The translations under genes were made by a program, and so were the position numbers. A stretch of DNA of 64,000 nt from Octopus vulgaris (Eukaryota). How positions within the stretch are numbered: position 1 is the first letter of the stretch; each line of letters starts with the position of its first letter. Of the stretch, positions 50,637 through 64,000 are shown piece by piece. The stretch is taken from positions 62,062,001 through 62,126,000 of the forward strand of contig OX597824.1 in assembly GCA_951406725.2 (NCBI GenBank), in the 5' to 3' direction. The notes beneath the pieces were generated by a model, which did no database searches, was not told the origin of the DNA, and worked only from the letters and a program-made list of their open reading frames with translations.

Positions 50637-51527
50637 ATTATATATATTTACTAGGTAATATTTTAACACGCTAGTAATATTTTAGTTACATGCTTGGAGC
50701 ACAAGAGGTGGTATTTAATTAGAACAGGACATTAAAAACTTGCTATAACATTATTTTATCCCAATAGTAATATACATATATAATTCCCTATTTACAATAT
50801 CATTTAACACAATATTTCAAAATTGAATATATAATAAAATTCATTTCCAGTTAGTTCTAAGGGCTGCCGTACAATTGGTTTAAATTACGTGTAATTTAGA
50901 TCTAAATGATCAATATTTAGCACTTCATTGCATAGGATGTAGTTACTTTTGTAAACAACTGGATACACCTCGCGTGTGTCAATATCAGAATTTAGTACCC
51001 TTAATTTTGAAGGGAAACGGAGAGGCAGAAACTCTGGAACAGAGGAAAAATATTTTTCTTATAAATCTTCGGATTCGATTTTGGGTAACGTCTAATTCAA
51101 CTTTACCTTTTATCTTTTTAATCTTTGGCTGATCAATGTTCGAAATATTCGAGTGAATCCTTTCTTAAATCAAATATGTATGTTATTTGGAAGTTATTCA
51201 TAAGGCCACACTTATAAGTATCAATTTAAAATAACAATTAAGAACTACGACTGATGTTGTCGACTAAAACGATTTCCTAAATTTCCCATCTTGCATATAT
51301 TCTAAACGCATTTATCATCGTCAACATTGAAGTGCGATCCTTTACTCTTGAGATCAATCTTACCTACGAATATATTGTCTTTCGCAATCTCTATTCGGTG
51401 CAATAAATTCCAATTTGGTTGTTCTGGATTCGAAGTAATCGAGTGAATCCTTTCTCAGAGTAGAAGTCTCGTATGTAACTTAAATACTAAGGCCACACTT
51501 ATAAGTATCAATTCTGAAGCGGTAGAA

Positions 51528-51747
51528 GGGCAGTGAGCTGGCAGAACCATTAGCAAACCGGGGTAAAGACTTAACTGTATTTCGTCTGCCGCTACGTTCT
51601 GAGTGTAAATTCCGCCGAGGTCGACTTTGCCTTTCATCCTTTCGGGGTCGATAAAATAAATATTAGTTACGCACTGGGATCGATGTATTCGAATAGCCCC
51701 CTTCCCCCATAAATTTTGAAGGCCTTGTGCCTAGAGTAGAAATAATT
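51528..51747 (+). mobile_element. tRNA-derived SINE, near full length
   Basis: GGCAGTGAGCTGGCAGAACC...CGTTCTGAGTGTAAATTCCGCCGAGGTCGACTTTGCCTTTCATCCTTTCGGGGTCGATAAAATAA...GGCCTTGTGCCTAGAGTAGAAA. Confidence 0.88.
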
Positions 51748-53069
51748 GAAAAGGAAGACGGAGTTGGTAAGGCGAAGGATTTAAAAGTCTTTTTGCATTT
51801 AGTAATAAGTATTTATAATTTTAATTCAAATATCACTATGGCCAAACTTGAGTTCCGTCATCAAAATCAGATAAATTACCACATAATTCTATGCTCCATA
51901 TTTTGTATTGCCATTTTTCTATCAATTCTAACGTTAACTTATAATATAATCCAGAGATAAATTTGTGTGAGTAAAAACAACTGCATATTTAATATTTTAA
52001 CTTTTAGAATCATTTAGGCCTGTACATACAAAACGTTTGCAAATGTTGTCTCGAACTAAGGTTGCTCTTGTGTGGAGAAGTATATCTATCTGTACTGCTG
52101 GATTATTCATGATTCAGCGCGATATATAAGTTTCTATTACCTCCTAAAATTTAATGTCTGTTCATGTTTTCATTAACCCTATGTATTAAAACAAGATAAA
52201 TCCTGATCATCTATTGATGTTTTAGTTTCATCTCCTTAAAAGAGTTCCATTTAATTACATATAGCGACTGATTTGTTTCAAATGTTAGATGATGTAATAG
52301 TGAGAATTATTTAAAAAAAACATTTCGCTTCGGTTGTATATAAGATGTGAAATCCCATTTTTCATTATTTGGGAATGAAAGTTATTACTTGTGATAAAAT
52401 AGTAATATAATTTAGGAAACAATAACTCTGACTGTATTGAAGCAGATAAAAAAATTACTGAAAACGAATCAATTGTTGATATATCAAAGAGATCAATAAT
52501 TGATACGCTTGAAGGTTTGTTAACTTAAGGAGAAATCTTGGTTATAAAGTGAGAAACAATTAAATATTTCGTTTATATTTCTGCTTATTCCTTCTATAAA
52601 TTTGCAATGATTATGCAATATATGAATATTAACATCATAGTTTTAAAATTAAATTTCCTAATTTTTCGAAATCATATAATTTTTGAGTGGATTTATAGCA
52701 AAAATTATTTCAGAATTTGTTGAACAGAGGCAGTTCAAATAATCTAGAACAACACGTAAATTATTGGCGGTATATTAATATCTGAACTGCAATTATAAAC
52801 AGATGGAATTAAATATTATAAGACTTACAATCCATCGCCGTACCAACTCCGTGCCTTATCGTGGTGAAGTTATGTGTGTGTTTCAGTATAATATATATAT
52901 ATACGTATGTGTTACAGATACTTACTTTATTCTGATGGTCGATATGATATTTTCTTTAACGAGTCAATATTTATCGTACCTTTCGCTGAAAATAACGATT
53001 AGCGGTCGAAATTTGAAATCTAAAGTGTAATAAGTTTGTTGTAATATTTAATAAGGAGAATAAAGATAT

Positions 53070-53357
53070 TAGTTTCAAATTTTAGAACAAGGCCAGCAAT
53101 TTGTGGAGAAGGGCTAAAACGATTAAATTGACCTCAATGCTCAGCTAGTTGTTATCGAGCCCGATGCTCAACTATTATCGACGCTGATGCTCAACTGGTT
53201 GTTATCGACACCGATGCTCGATTGGTAAATTAACGATCTTCGAAAGGGGTGAAAGGAAATATCGACTAGGCAGCATTTGAACCCAGCTCATAAATATGGA
53301 TGAAATTCCAATAAGCACTACGTCCTACGTGCTAACGATTCTGTCAGCTCACCGCCT
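53070..53357 (-). mobile_element. SINE with an internal ~25-bp tandem expansion
   Basis: Reverse-complement head GGCGGTGAGCTGACAGAATCGTTAGCACG. Repeated GATGCTCAACT...TTATCGAC units lie at 53135-53226. Confidence 0.75.
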
Positions 53358-55364
53358 GAAACAGAGAATTAAAATATCAATAAGAAGTAAATTATAGTTG
53401 TGCTGGGTGGACATATTCGTCAATGATAAATAATATTCCTATTCAGATGGAGAATGTTTCATTAATATTTGTCCAGGTCTCGTGAAGCATATTGTGTGCT
53501 AACAAGTCAGGAATAATTTCTTACCACAACTGGAATTCGCAACCAACGTTTTGGAATACAGCAATTAGCGACAAGAAAAGTTTTTGCAAAGAAAAATAAT
53601 TACCACACCCATCCTAAATTGGATGTGTTGTTTAGAGCGACTTAAACTTCTGCATACGTCCAGAGATACCATCTCATGCTGAGGGTACGTGCTAATTATG
53701 TACCGATAACATAGATTGTTGTAGTGATCGTCTGCACCAGTGGACGACATTACAGTTTCACGTGATTTTGCTGCATCTGCGATCATCAGATATAACTGGC
53801 ATTGCACCAAAGGATAAGAAAATTAGATGAACTAATATAGTTCACAAATGGCAAAACTCAGTAACATCGCAAAAACGGAGGGTAGATGCCACCATTAAAT
53901 TTTCTATTCTAGTTTTAATCTAAGTGCACGTGTGTTGCTACTTAGCTTTTGATATTACGTTTATTTTTTCACATCTATGTCCTATTTAAGACGTCTTCAC
54001 ATTATTTGTATAGAATATAATTACAATGCAACGCCAAAAACTGAATACAACACTCAATGTAAATTCGCATGCACATATAAACACACATTGATACCTCGTA
54101 AACAGACACACAAGCACGTGTGTGAGAGAAAATTGGAGGGAGATTTTATATAATGAAACCAAATAAACATAGGAGGGCCACACTAGTGTTACTCCTGCTT
54201 TCGAAACCACCGGGAAAGATCTGTTCGCTTACACATAGGGACTAATTTTATCGGGATACTATATAGATATACGTACATATTTATATACCATACTGAATTT
54301 CTCTCGATCGAGCAGACCAACAGCGCAACTACGTCAATATTTTTGGCTACTTTTAGTTAAAGCTACGGCTTTACATCTGCTCAGAATTACCTTCCATCCA
54401 TATTTCCCATTGATGTAGACTAAAGAGCCAGGAACGTAGCATCTGAAAATCTGATAGACGGCAGCTAATGACAGATAAAGTATTTTTATACCTCTTAACA
54501 TAAGAGAGAAAGTTTTCTCCACGGCAACAGCAGTGAATTTACCTTTAGAAGTTATGTCAAAATCATAATTTAACCTAAAGTTTTAGCTCATGTCAAACAA
54601 GAATATCATATTTATCACTGACATTTATCCTATCAGACATCGGAATATCATAAGTGAGACTGGAGCATAATTCGAACTCATAAATGTGAAAACCTAAAAG
54701 ATCATATATAAACATGTTTTTAACTTTTTTTGGCGATGTAGAGTGCTTCCCTCAGAATTCTTTAGAAGACTGGCATGTAAATACTCGAACATTCTAATTG
54801 ATTTCTAAAGTATATATCTGGGAATCAAGATTAAAGGAGAATACGTTTTATTGTTATTTCTGGACTAAATTTAAGAGTAGTCAGCGTTCCAGAGAATGAA
54901 TAAAATCGTATATCATTAAAATATAGTTCTTATTTATGAAAGTGAAATGTTTCTTATGATGCAATCAGATACAATAGATATTCTACGAACATTGCAGTTG
55001 AAAACTGAAATATGAAAGTAAATATTATTCATGAACATGCAACGAATTCGAAACCTAAAACACGTGTAAAAGCAGCCCTCCTCTTCGCGCATACACATCT
55101 ATACACACTCACAAACACCCTTATATATGAATCCATGTATACATATATACCGGTATATGCGCACGTAGAAATACACACATAATAAGCTCATAAATAAAAA
55201 TATGGCAGGCATGTTTAAAACTGAAGATAGAAAAATATTCAATTTAATGAATATGCGATTACGCCTTTAAAGTTTTGGCTATTAGAAAAATGTTTATTGT
55301 TCGTTTTTCTCTTTCTTTCACGTGATATACATACGAAAGTTTCTGCAATAACAATAATTTCTTA

Positions 55365-55500
55365 CATAAGCACAAGGCCACATTTTATATGAAAATGTGA
55401 ACAGTTAGTGAAAAATTGTCCCTTTGTATTTCCATAATACACTTTATCAGTGTCTGAGGATGAAAGGCAAAGTTAACGCCAGTGTCATTTGAACTCGGGA
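55365..55500 (-). mobile_element. SINE fragment
   Basis: GGATGAAAGGCAAAGTTAAC...TTTGAACTC is the reverse complement of the SINE core. Confidence 0.55.
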
Positions 55501-56319
55501 AAGTTGTAATATAGTGATTTGTATTATATGTACCGGGCAACAGACGTGGAGATTGAGGAAAATGTATGATACTAACAATTACTTGTGCATATGTTCCCAA
55601 TATAAGCAGATAAAATTTTCAACATATCAAACAGAATCAAATGTAATATATCTCTCATATATTACAATAATTTCCTTGAGAGATAGCGTAACATGTTCTA
55701 CTCTAACCTGCCTTTCAGTAATAAGAAAGAAAATAATAATGGGAGTGTTCAAATACTTCCAATAGCTAATAAGACACAAATATTCTACCCGATCATAAGT
55801 ACAATTATACTACTCTGTAAAGAAAGCAAAGGACTCCAAGAATAGTTAAATCAGCGCAAGGAATGTCAGAAACATCACGTGCGCTTCAAAAAGCCGACAA
55901 AACCATACAGATTACCAAACAAACATTGCAGAGCTAAGCAAAACTACAGGATTAAAATAAAATATTTTAGTAAAGCAGTTGTATATAGGGATTAATGTAA
56001 GATAATTTCACTGTGTTATTAAAAATTCATATATCACTGCAGTTTAGTCAGCTGTCGCCGAGATTACAACTCAAGAGAGACGTAAAAGAGTACATTAAAC
56101 TTGAACAGTATGTTCAAAACACACCTAGGGATGCATATTTGCTATCAGATGCTAAGAAAGTTTTAATTCCTCTGTCGATATATGCATGGAGAGAGAAGGG
56201 ATTGTACGTAGACTATGTGAATATTGGAGTGTCGATATTAAAGCACAACCGGTGTAAATAATCTTGAAATCTGCACATCTAAAATTATCATATATTCAAT
56301 GGTCGTGTATGATAAAGAT

Positions 56320-56527
56320 TGGTTTCAAAGTTTGGTGCAAGGCAAACAGGTTCAGGGATAATGGGGTAAGTCGATTATTTTGATTCCACAACTCAACCAG
56401 TATTTAAAGTAAAAGATTGGTATTGAAACTTAAAGTCGATCTGGGGGTGATTTGAACTCAGTACTTAAAGGCGAATGAAATAAACATTTTGCCCGGCGAG
56501 CTAACGATTTTGCCAGCTTGCCACCTT
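56320..56527 (-). mobile_element. SINE, degenerate
   Basis: AAAGTCGATCTGGGGGTGATTTGAACTCAG...GCTAACGATTTTGCCAGCTTGCCACC. Confidence 0.75.
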
Positions 56528-59500
56528 CCTGTATGAAAGATATTAAAAAAACATTATATGCAAACTATGATCAGAGAGTATGGTTTATGAAATAAACTAT
56601 AACAGCGACTTGGTCTATGACTGTATTCTACAAACAGACTCATCCTCAAACAGAACATAGCTTCATATCGTGCGCCATCTGGCTATACTAATAATCAGCA
56701 ATACATTCATTATACATTTAACGAGCATTACTGTATGCCATTGGAATACAAGTGTGAACATTCAACTATAATTAAAGTTAAAGTGGTACTGTAGACAACT
56801 TTAATTAATATATACACGTATACATACACGTATTCACACACTTATGCACGCAGATCTACTCACACATTTATTTCTTTGCTGTCTAGCTGTAAAGCTATAT
56901 AAAGTTAAAGAGATTTATGAGATCGAGGTTCACGCGTTGCACGTATCTATGTGTGTTAACGCGTACATTTGAGAAATGTCTGACTGTTTGGACCTTCCAG
57001 TATGTATACAGATTCCCTCAGCCCAGTTGTATGGAAATATACTTATGTAAAACTATAAAGATGTAGTGCAGGATTACGTACTACATGAAATCTCAAATAC
57101 ATACTTGAACACATGTCATGTCAATACCTACTTCCGCAATCATATACGCACTGGATTCAAAGACAAAGTGAGAAAGTGTGAAAACAGAAAAGATAATTTG
57201 ATAGAATAACAGTGAGTTACGTGAAACAGGAGTGATTACACTTTCACTTTCTCTCCAAACACCTTCCTTGAAACAATTTCTATATGCACAAATGTATGTT
57301 TCCATTTGAAATATAATTTTCATTTTTAAATAACTAACAGATTAGGATTACAAAATATAAGTCATTTTCACACATTGTTTCGGGTATAACAGAGCTGCCT
57401 ACGTTGGTGTTGTAAAATTCCTTTTCAGCATGATTTTTCCTGGCATATTCTTAACTATAGTTTATTCCCTAACCACCGATCATGCTCTGAACCGTGGTTA
57501 GGGAAATTTTGAGCCATTCTGCAAACAAAACCTGCTTTAGCTCTTTCAGTGAAAATAGCAGGGAGAAATAGCCAATGAAATGGTCTATTTTACTTTCGTG
57601 TAATTTGTATCAATTTTGGATAATAACTGTCGTCTAAGTCGGCGCGTTGCTATCGAGGCAAATTTCGCTACACTCAGTGAACTATAGTTGTACCATAGGA
57701 TGAATAGAATTCGCTGAAATATTCAGATTATCCATGGCGTTAACTCTGATATATAGAACTAATAAATGGCTACAATAATTTCGTTTACGCCTGCTCTAAT
57801 CAGTTCAAAGCCGTGGCCATATGTCAAGGTAAGGGCCAAACAGTCAGTGTTAAAGACTTAGTAGGAATATCTCAAGACTTAAACTCGCCCCTATTTAGGG
57901 AAAACGGTGAATAATGATTAATCAAAGAAAGTGTCGCTTTCGTTTTACCACTTCTGATAGTCTTTACACCAATATCCTGCTTATCAATACCGTCGAGTAT
58001 TAGTGATTATAGCTTTCTTTTATGGCATTAAGCTTTGTGGAATGCACGGCAAACGATTTCGGTGGCTGCAGGATTCGCTATGTGCTGGGTTAATATCTAC
58101 TGTTACGTTTGCTACTGTAAATAGATGGCTTTTGTACAGTGCGTTACATTATTCTGTGGTCACTCTCTGTGAGGTTTGCCTACCACCTGGAATTATACAC
58201 TCCAGGGCTGAATTTATCTTCGTTTTGAAATTCCAGCAGTATTTTACAGATTCCAAATCTGAGAAACATGAAACAATTCAGCGATTTACTGATATAAATC
58301 TGTAGCCCAACAAATTGTAACCTTCACGTCATGCATTTTTACTTCTTTAAAACATATAAAGAAAACACTGAAGGAAACATTGAAGGAAAAAAGGTTATAT
58401 CTTGAAGTAGTTGGCATACATAATACACATGAACACATATATACAAACAAGAACAGATCTGAATTTGTCATATCGCTAACATATATATATATATAGTTTG
58501 ATATGAATTGGTCTTTCCCTGATTTTTTCAAACCAGTGTATACATATATATATACATTACATATATATATACATTACATATATATATATGTGTGCGTGCG
58601 TGTGTGTATACATATATGTATAAATAAATAAATATATATATGCATATACATATATCTATATACACATATTCCTATGTGTATATGCATACACACACATACA
58701 CACACCTCTAAATGCACACACAGACACACACACACGCACAAACACACAAACAGAAGTAGAATCTGTTTTTTTCTATACATGTAAGAAAATAAAAATATAT
58801 TGCACATTTTCCAATCAGTTCTCTGAAACCATTCTTTTATCACACCATCGCTTTCATTACATTAGTGAAAAACACCAGTAAAATACATGATTATATAATG
58901 TTATACGATATACTTATCCTGCTTTGTAATTGCTTCGAGAAACTAATCTCATGATCACCACAAGTAATTCTATACTTTATTTCATTATTCAATGTATTAT
59001 TCAGGTAATCTATTTCTTACTAGAGATTTCTAATAACTCACTGTCTACCTTAGTCTTGTGAAACTTTTGCCTTCATCCGTTGATCAAATAAATCCATCTT
59101 ACCTCGTTTATCTCTACTTTCATACGGATTACTTTTTCCACGTTCACTGAATTGTATTATGGGTTAAAAGTGATATATGCTGACATTGCTCTTTCGTATG
59201 AATTTATTTTGTGCTGATATATTCAAACACGTTTATCACGTATCTCAATGTCTGTTCGCTAACAGGCTTTTTATTTTGATACCTTACAAATAACATAAGT
59301 ATTCACTAATATCATGATTTCTAATGTCCTGGAATATGTATCATAAAATACTCAGCTCTTCTCTTTCCGCATGTCAATTTCAGAAATACTTGACTTATAA
59401 GATTATCTAGATGATAAGAATATTATTTGCCCCGAACGAGCGTAATTTAGACATATTCAATAATCACCCTTCTATCTCATACTAATTGAGTTATTTTAGT

Positions 59501-59736
59501 GAGGCCTCGGTAACTGCTTATATGACCTAACACCAATATACAGAAAATGAGAGCGCAAACTGCACCGACTGAAAATATAAAACATAAATAATTTTAGAGC
59601 AAGTTATTTTGTAGGTAGGAATGTATTGTGCGAAAAAAAAAGGAATAAAGAGCAATATTTTACTTGTATCAGCAAAATAGTCAACAGAGAAATAAAGGAA
59701 ATATTAGCATCACTTCTAATAACTGCATACCTTTCT

Positions 59737-59737
59737 G

Positions 59738-59828
<91 letters not shown>

Positions 59829-59860
59829 CTCTCTCTATCTATCTATCTATCTATCTCTCA

Positions 59861-59897
<37 letters not shown>
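59737..59897. repeat. (TCTA)n(CT)n(TA)n microsatellite
   Basis: Read directly from the sequence. Confidence 0.95.
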
Positions 59898-60159
59898 GCT
59901 ATCTGTCTGTCCGTCTATTTGTGTGTGTATGAGTTTGTGTGTACGTATATGTCTGCGTCTGTGTGTGTGTGTTTTTGCGTATATAATTTATTATTCTACT
60001 TTGCCAGAGAGTGACATATAACCACTCATTACAAAACAATGTACTTATAATGAACAGTATGTAGCTTTAGAAGGTGTGGCTTCACTGATGTCGAAAGCTT
60101 CCAGAAATGAAGTGTTTGATGTAATATTAATTCATAATTATTCCCGCTGTGTTCCACAA

Positions 60160-60295
60160 TTCAGGTGAGATCGACTTCGCCTTTTATGCTTTCGGGTTCG
60201 ATAAAATAAGCACCAGTCGATTACTATGGTCAATGTAATCGACAAGGCCCTTTCCTAAATATTTCAAGACTTGTACGTATATTAGAAAGATTAAT
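60160..60295 (+). mobile_element. SINE 3' half
   Basis: TCGACTTCGCCTTTTATGCTTTCGGGTTCGATAAAATAAGCACCAGT...GGTCAATGTAATCGAC. Confidence 0.7.
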
Positions 60296-62598
60296 TTATA
60301 AATGAATGACAAAAAAATCAGTTTCATCAACTTCTAACTATTTCGGCTATGAAAATATTGCATCCAAAGTGGAGATATGAGTGCGCCAGTTCTTTATATG
60401 CGAAACAACTGTAAACTATGAAAAATGGTTATGTAACCAGCGGTGGTGCCCCAGCATGGCCGCGGCCTCCGGGCTACAACATTTTTAATGATTTAAGGAT
60501 TTAACAATTGCACTTTTGACATCCATTCGTTAACATGCATACACATATCTATATATATACGTATGTGTCTGTATGTCTTTATATATGCATCTCTATGAGT
60601 GTTTGAATTTACATGTGTGTCTGTGTGTGTGAACGTGTGCATTGCTGGTAGCATCATGCATAGACTGGGTCCCTGCATCTATGCAATTTATAACATATTT
60701 CGTTTCACATAATCATTGGATAAGTTAACGTCCATTGAATAATTTTTGATTTCACGACATACTCAATACTAGCCTTTCTATCCAATTTTAACCTATTCAA
60801 AATGACAGTTTTGAAATCTACCAAATCATTATATAATCTAACAACATTCTCATTGTAGTTATTATAGTTTCGAAATTAGAAAGCTGAAGAACCAAAAGAT
60901 TATAAATATTTTTTGTACAACGTGTCCGGAAGAATGCATCGAGTCATGTATATATTATTGATTGTGGAGATTACTACGTCACTTTTTTTGCAAAACCATC
61001 GAGCCAGCGAAGGAGCCAAGTAGCAGATAGATCCTCAAATCACACTTCATTGTCTTAGAAAGGAAAAAAGCATGCACAAGATAATGTTGATCTAGAAGTT
61101 CCCACCCACTCATAAATGATAAGAAAGTGATTACTGGAATGTCTATCATCATATTTCTTTCGCTGACCATATCTTACTAGCAACTGTGTTCCAAAACCAC
61201 CTCAAACAATAAAAATAAGAAGAATATTTAACCCGTCAGTAAATGAATCTGTTGATTGGTATTTGTATGTTCTTTTATATTTTTGAATACAAAACAATTT
61301 TTAACACTAAGAAATTCAATATACACGTCATATTAATTGGAATTTATATTAAAATGGATATTACGTGTTCAGGAATGTCTGATTCCTCGTGTTACTATAT
61401 CAGTTGAATTTGTATCTAAAATGCTGGCAAGTGTATATCCTATCGAGCGAGAAGTCTGATTCTAATATTCAATATCAGTAAGATGTCTAGACTTGCATCA
61501 ATTAATAGATATATTACATAAATGTTAACTGAAATGTTTGTTAACATTGAACCCAATTTTTTATATGAAAATAAATTTGTATAAGACGTAGCCTATTTAT
61601 ATACTTGTAAATTTCAATGAAAAATATAGCGTTTAGTTAAAATTTTGTTTGTATTTGTTTGTGATTCATTTTCTCGAACAATATAATTTAGAACATAATT
61701 GAGATTTGTCTGATTTATTAATAGGCACTCATGAATGTTTCTGTGCATAGCTGAAGTAATTTATAGGAGGTCATCACGAAAGAGTGGCTTACATTGAAGG
61801 AGGCGGCGAAATCCTTTTTATACGTGACTAGAGTAAAATTGTTATAAATATTTCTTATTACTATCACACACTATAATAGAAAGCATAAATACGTGTGTGT
61901 GTTGTTGGAAAATTTGCTTCGTGGCGATGAGTCTCCGAATTCGTTTCGCTATGCGTCACCTTGGGCAAGTGTTTTACCTTTTAAAGTTTTCACACGTCAG
62001 CTAGTAAACTTATGCGTGAAACCTGGTAGACACGCGTACCAATGTGTGTTTAACCGTGTTCGCATATTTATAATGACAGTGGATATACTTAGGGTTTTAG
62101 AAAAGCAAATGAGTTGTTACGCTCAAATTACCCGGAAGTAATTTTTCTGCACCGCCTTAAATATGTTTGTGCTCTCTCCGGGAAATATAGGGAAAAACAG
62201 ATTTGTCCATTGAAGAATTGTAATACCGACGTCATTTTTAAACCAAATCCAATAAATAGATTAAAATTTACCATACATGAGAAATACACTTTATATTTTT
62301 GTTTAATGGGGTTACCACATGATTAAAAAAAACAACTTCACACTTATCCTATTCCCAGCGATTAATATAAAACAAATTGTGGGTTGCATCACTAACTTTA
62401 TACATTTATATTTGAGACACAATTGTGTTAGAAGTATCCCAGTTAGAAGTATACTTTTATTAATCTTACTGAGATGACGGGGTGGAATTGTCACCACACA
62501 TCACGAATGTGCGCACACACGCACACACAGATATACACACACATTCTCTCACGCCCACGTACACGTCAAACATGTATGTGTGTGTGCGTATTTATATT

Positions 62599-62643
<45 letters not shown>

Positions 62644-62831
62644 CGCTCGATAAAGAGATATACCTTTCGTACACTACACATAATTTGTCTTAGAGAAATA
62701 TCCTTTACCAAAATTGCTCAGCATACACAAATGTAGTTATATATTATGTTCAGTAATTTCAGTGAAAAATATATCGCAGTGATTAATTAAGATGTACATT
62801 ATGCGTCACATATAAGTCTTGGCATCGACTG

Positions 62832-62872
<41 letters not shown>

Positions 62873-63035
62873 ATTGAAGAGGGAATATGCACAAAGTTTT
62901 AATATATTTTAGATGAACAAGTATTATGGTTATCTACGGCTTTCGCTTTCGTTAATTATGACATTGAAATTATTGTGATTTAATATTTTCTTAATACTTT
63001 TTTACCAATGGTGCAACTTGTTAAATGTATACACA

Positions 63036-63069
<34 letters not shown>

Positions 63070-63943
63070 TCGCCGTGAACAGGAATTAATCTACTCTCTT
63101 CGCCACTTGGACTCAACTCTCCTCCCCCTTCATCTAACCCCTCCTCTCTCCTCTCTCCTCTCACACCTACTTGCTCCCTTCACGCCCACGCACCTCTCAT
63201 TTCCTCTCTTGCTCTGACACCTACTTCCTCTCTTCACTCCTATCCACTTTCTCCCTTACACCTTCTCCCTTCATCGACACCCCTCCATCGTTACCCACCT
63301 CTACACATTTCAACCCCACCTATACATCCCATCCCACCCCAAGCCATCCCACACATTCCACTCCCACATACTCCACCCTACCCCACCCTCACCCCAACAC
63401 ACACCCTAGCCTAACATTCCCATTTTCGCCTCCACATACCCATTCTTACTACCCCACTATCGCCTCCCCACACCCCAACAACACACACCATATCATATCG
63501 TGCCACATAACACCACACACCACCATAACACTCCACATCACACCACCCCGCGCACACTAGCATTGACCACACTGACCACATCCTAGCACCCAAACATCTT
63601 CCACACACCTACACATGCACACGCACACGTCAAGGCCACCAGCCCTTATCCACACGCATATACACGCTCTCATATACACACGCATGCTCACCTTCGTTTT
63701 GGGATCACCACAAATTTATTATCTCCCCTGCTTTCTACCTCTCCTGTCTGGCCACCTCTGTTCGGCATTCGCCATGACTGATCGCTAGCCACTAAACCTT
63801 TTTTCTCTCTGTTTCTTTCTGTGTTCCCTTCTGTTCTGGAAACGTAAAAGATTTTCTCACTTCCCGACCGTTAAAATAATACATTTGTTGTTTACACACC
63901 CGTCTTTGTTTTTTTGTTTTGGCTGTTTTTTGTAAATTCCAAA
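63070..63943 (+). mobile_element. 3' end of a Neptune-like PLE (EN C-terminus, C-rich 3' UTR, pLTR)
   Basis: RREQELIYSLR then GLNS after a short deletion or frameshift resembles the PLE EN terminal motif E..LI..L.T..P.GLN. A C/A-rich low-complexity UTR and a GAAACGTA remnant follow, ending at (TA)n. Confidence 0.65.
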
Positions 63944-64000
63944 TATATATATATACACATATAATGTATATATATATGTATATATATATATATGTATATA

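Noticed and set aside
53135-53226. Short repeats with variable intervening sequence resembling a CRISPR array
   Set aside because: They are degenerate tandem duplications of SINE-internal sequence in eukaryotic DNA, with no unique spacers and no cas genes.
53735-53800. Minus-strand CTGATGA...GAAAC...GTC
   Set aside because: Stems I, II and III do not pair properly next to the core, and there is no (TA)n or PLE context.
63171-63560. Pro/His/Thr-rich 129-aa ORF
   Set aside because: It is the low-complexity C/A-rich 3' UTR of the PLE remnant.

Overview
AT-rich, microsatellite-dense eukaryotic DNA with no recognisable host protein-coding gene. Most listed ORFs are read-throughs of microsatellites. 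The tRNA-derived SINE families and the LINE content suggest an octopus (coleoid cephalopod) intergenic or intronic region; this is my inference and was not checked by a search. Transposable elements present: an array of R4/Dong-type REL-endonuclease LINEs in (TAA)n, including a 652-aa RT ORF; Penelope-like elements (PLEs; RT plus GIY-YIG); Tx1 and RTE LINE relics; an internally deleted hAT; several MITEs; many SINEs. The most striking structure is a recurring class of short non-coding fold-back elements inserted in (TA)n, at about 3.8, 14.3, 41.1, 42-44.7, 48.0 and 50.3 kb. They share the layout (TA)n / inverted arm / loop / arm / unpaired tail / (TA)n. Several carry minimal type I hammerhead-ribozyme motifs, and two share a covarying stem-loop. 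They look like a non-autonomous, ribozyme-bearing, dsRNA-forming PLE-derived system. Also seen: an RTE with twin-priming geometry and C2H2 fingers, a frame-preserving MITE insertion, and a locally templated insertion.
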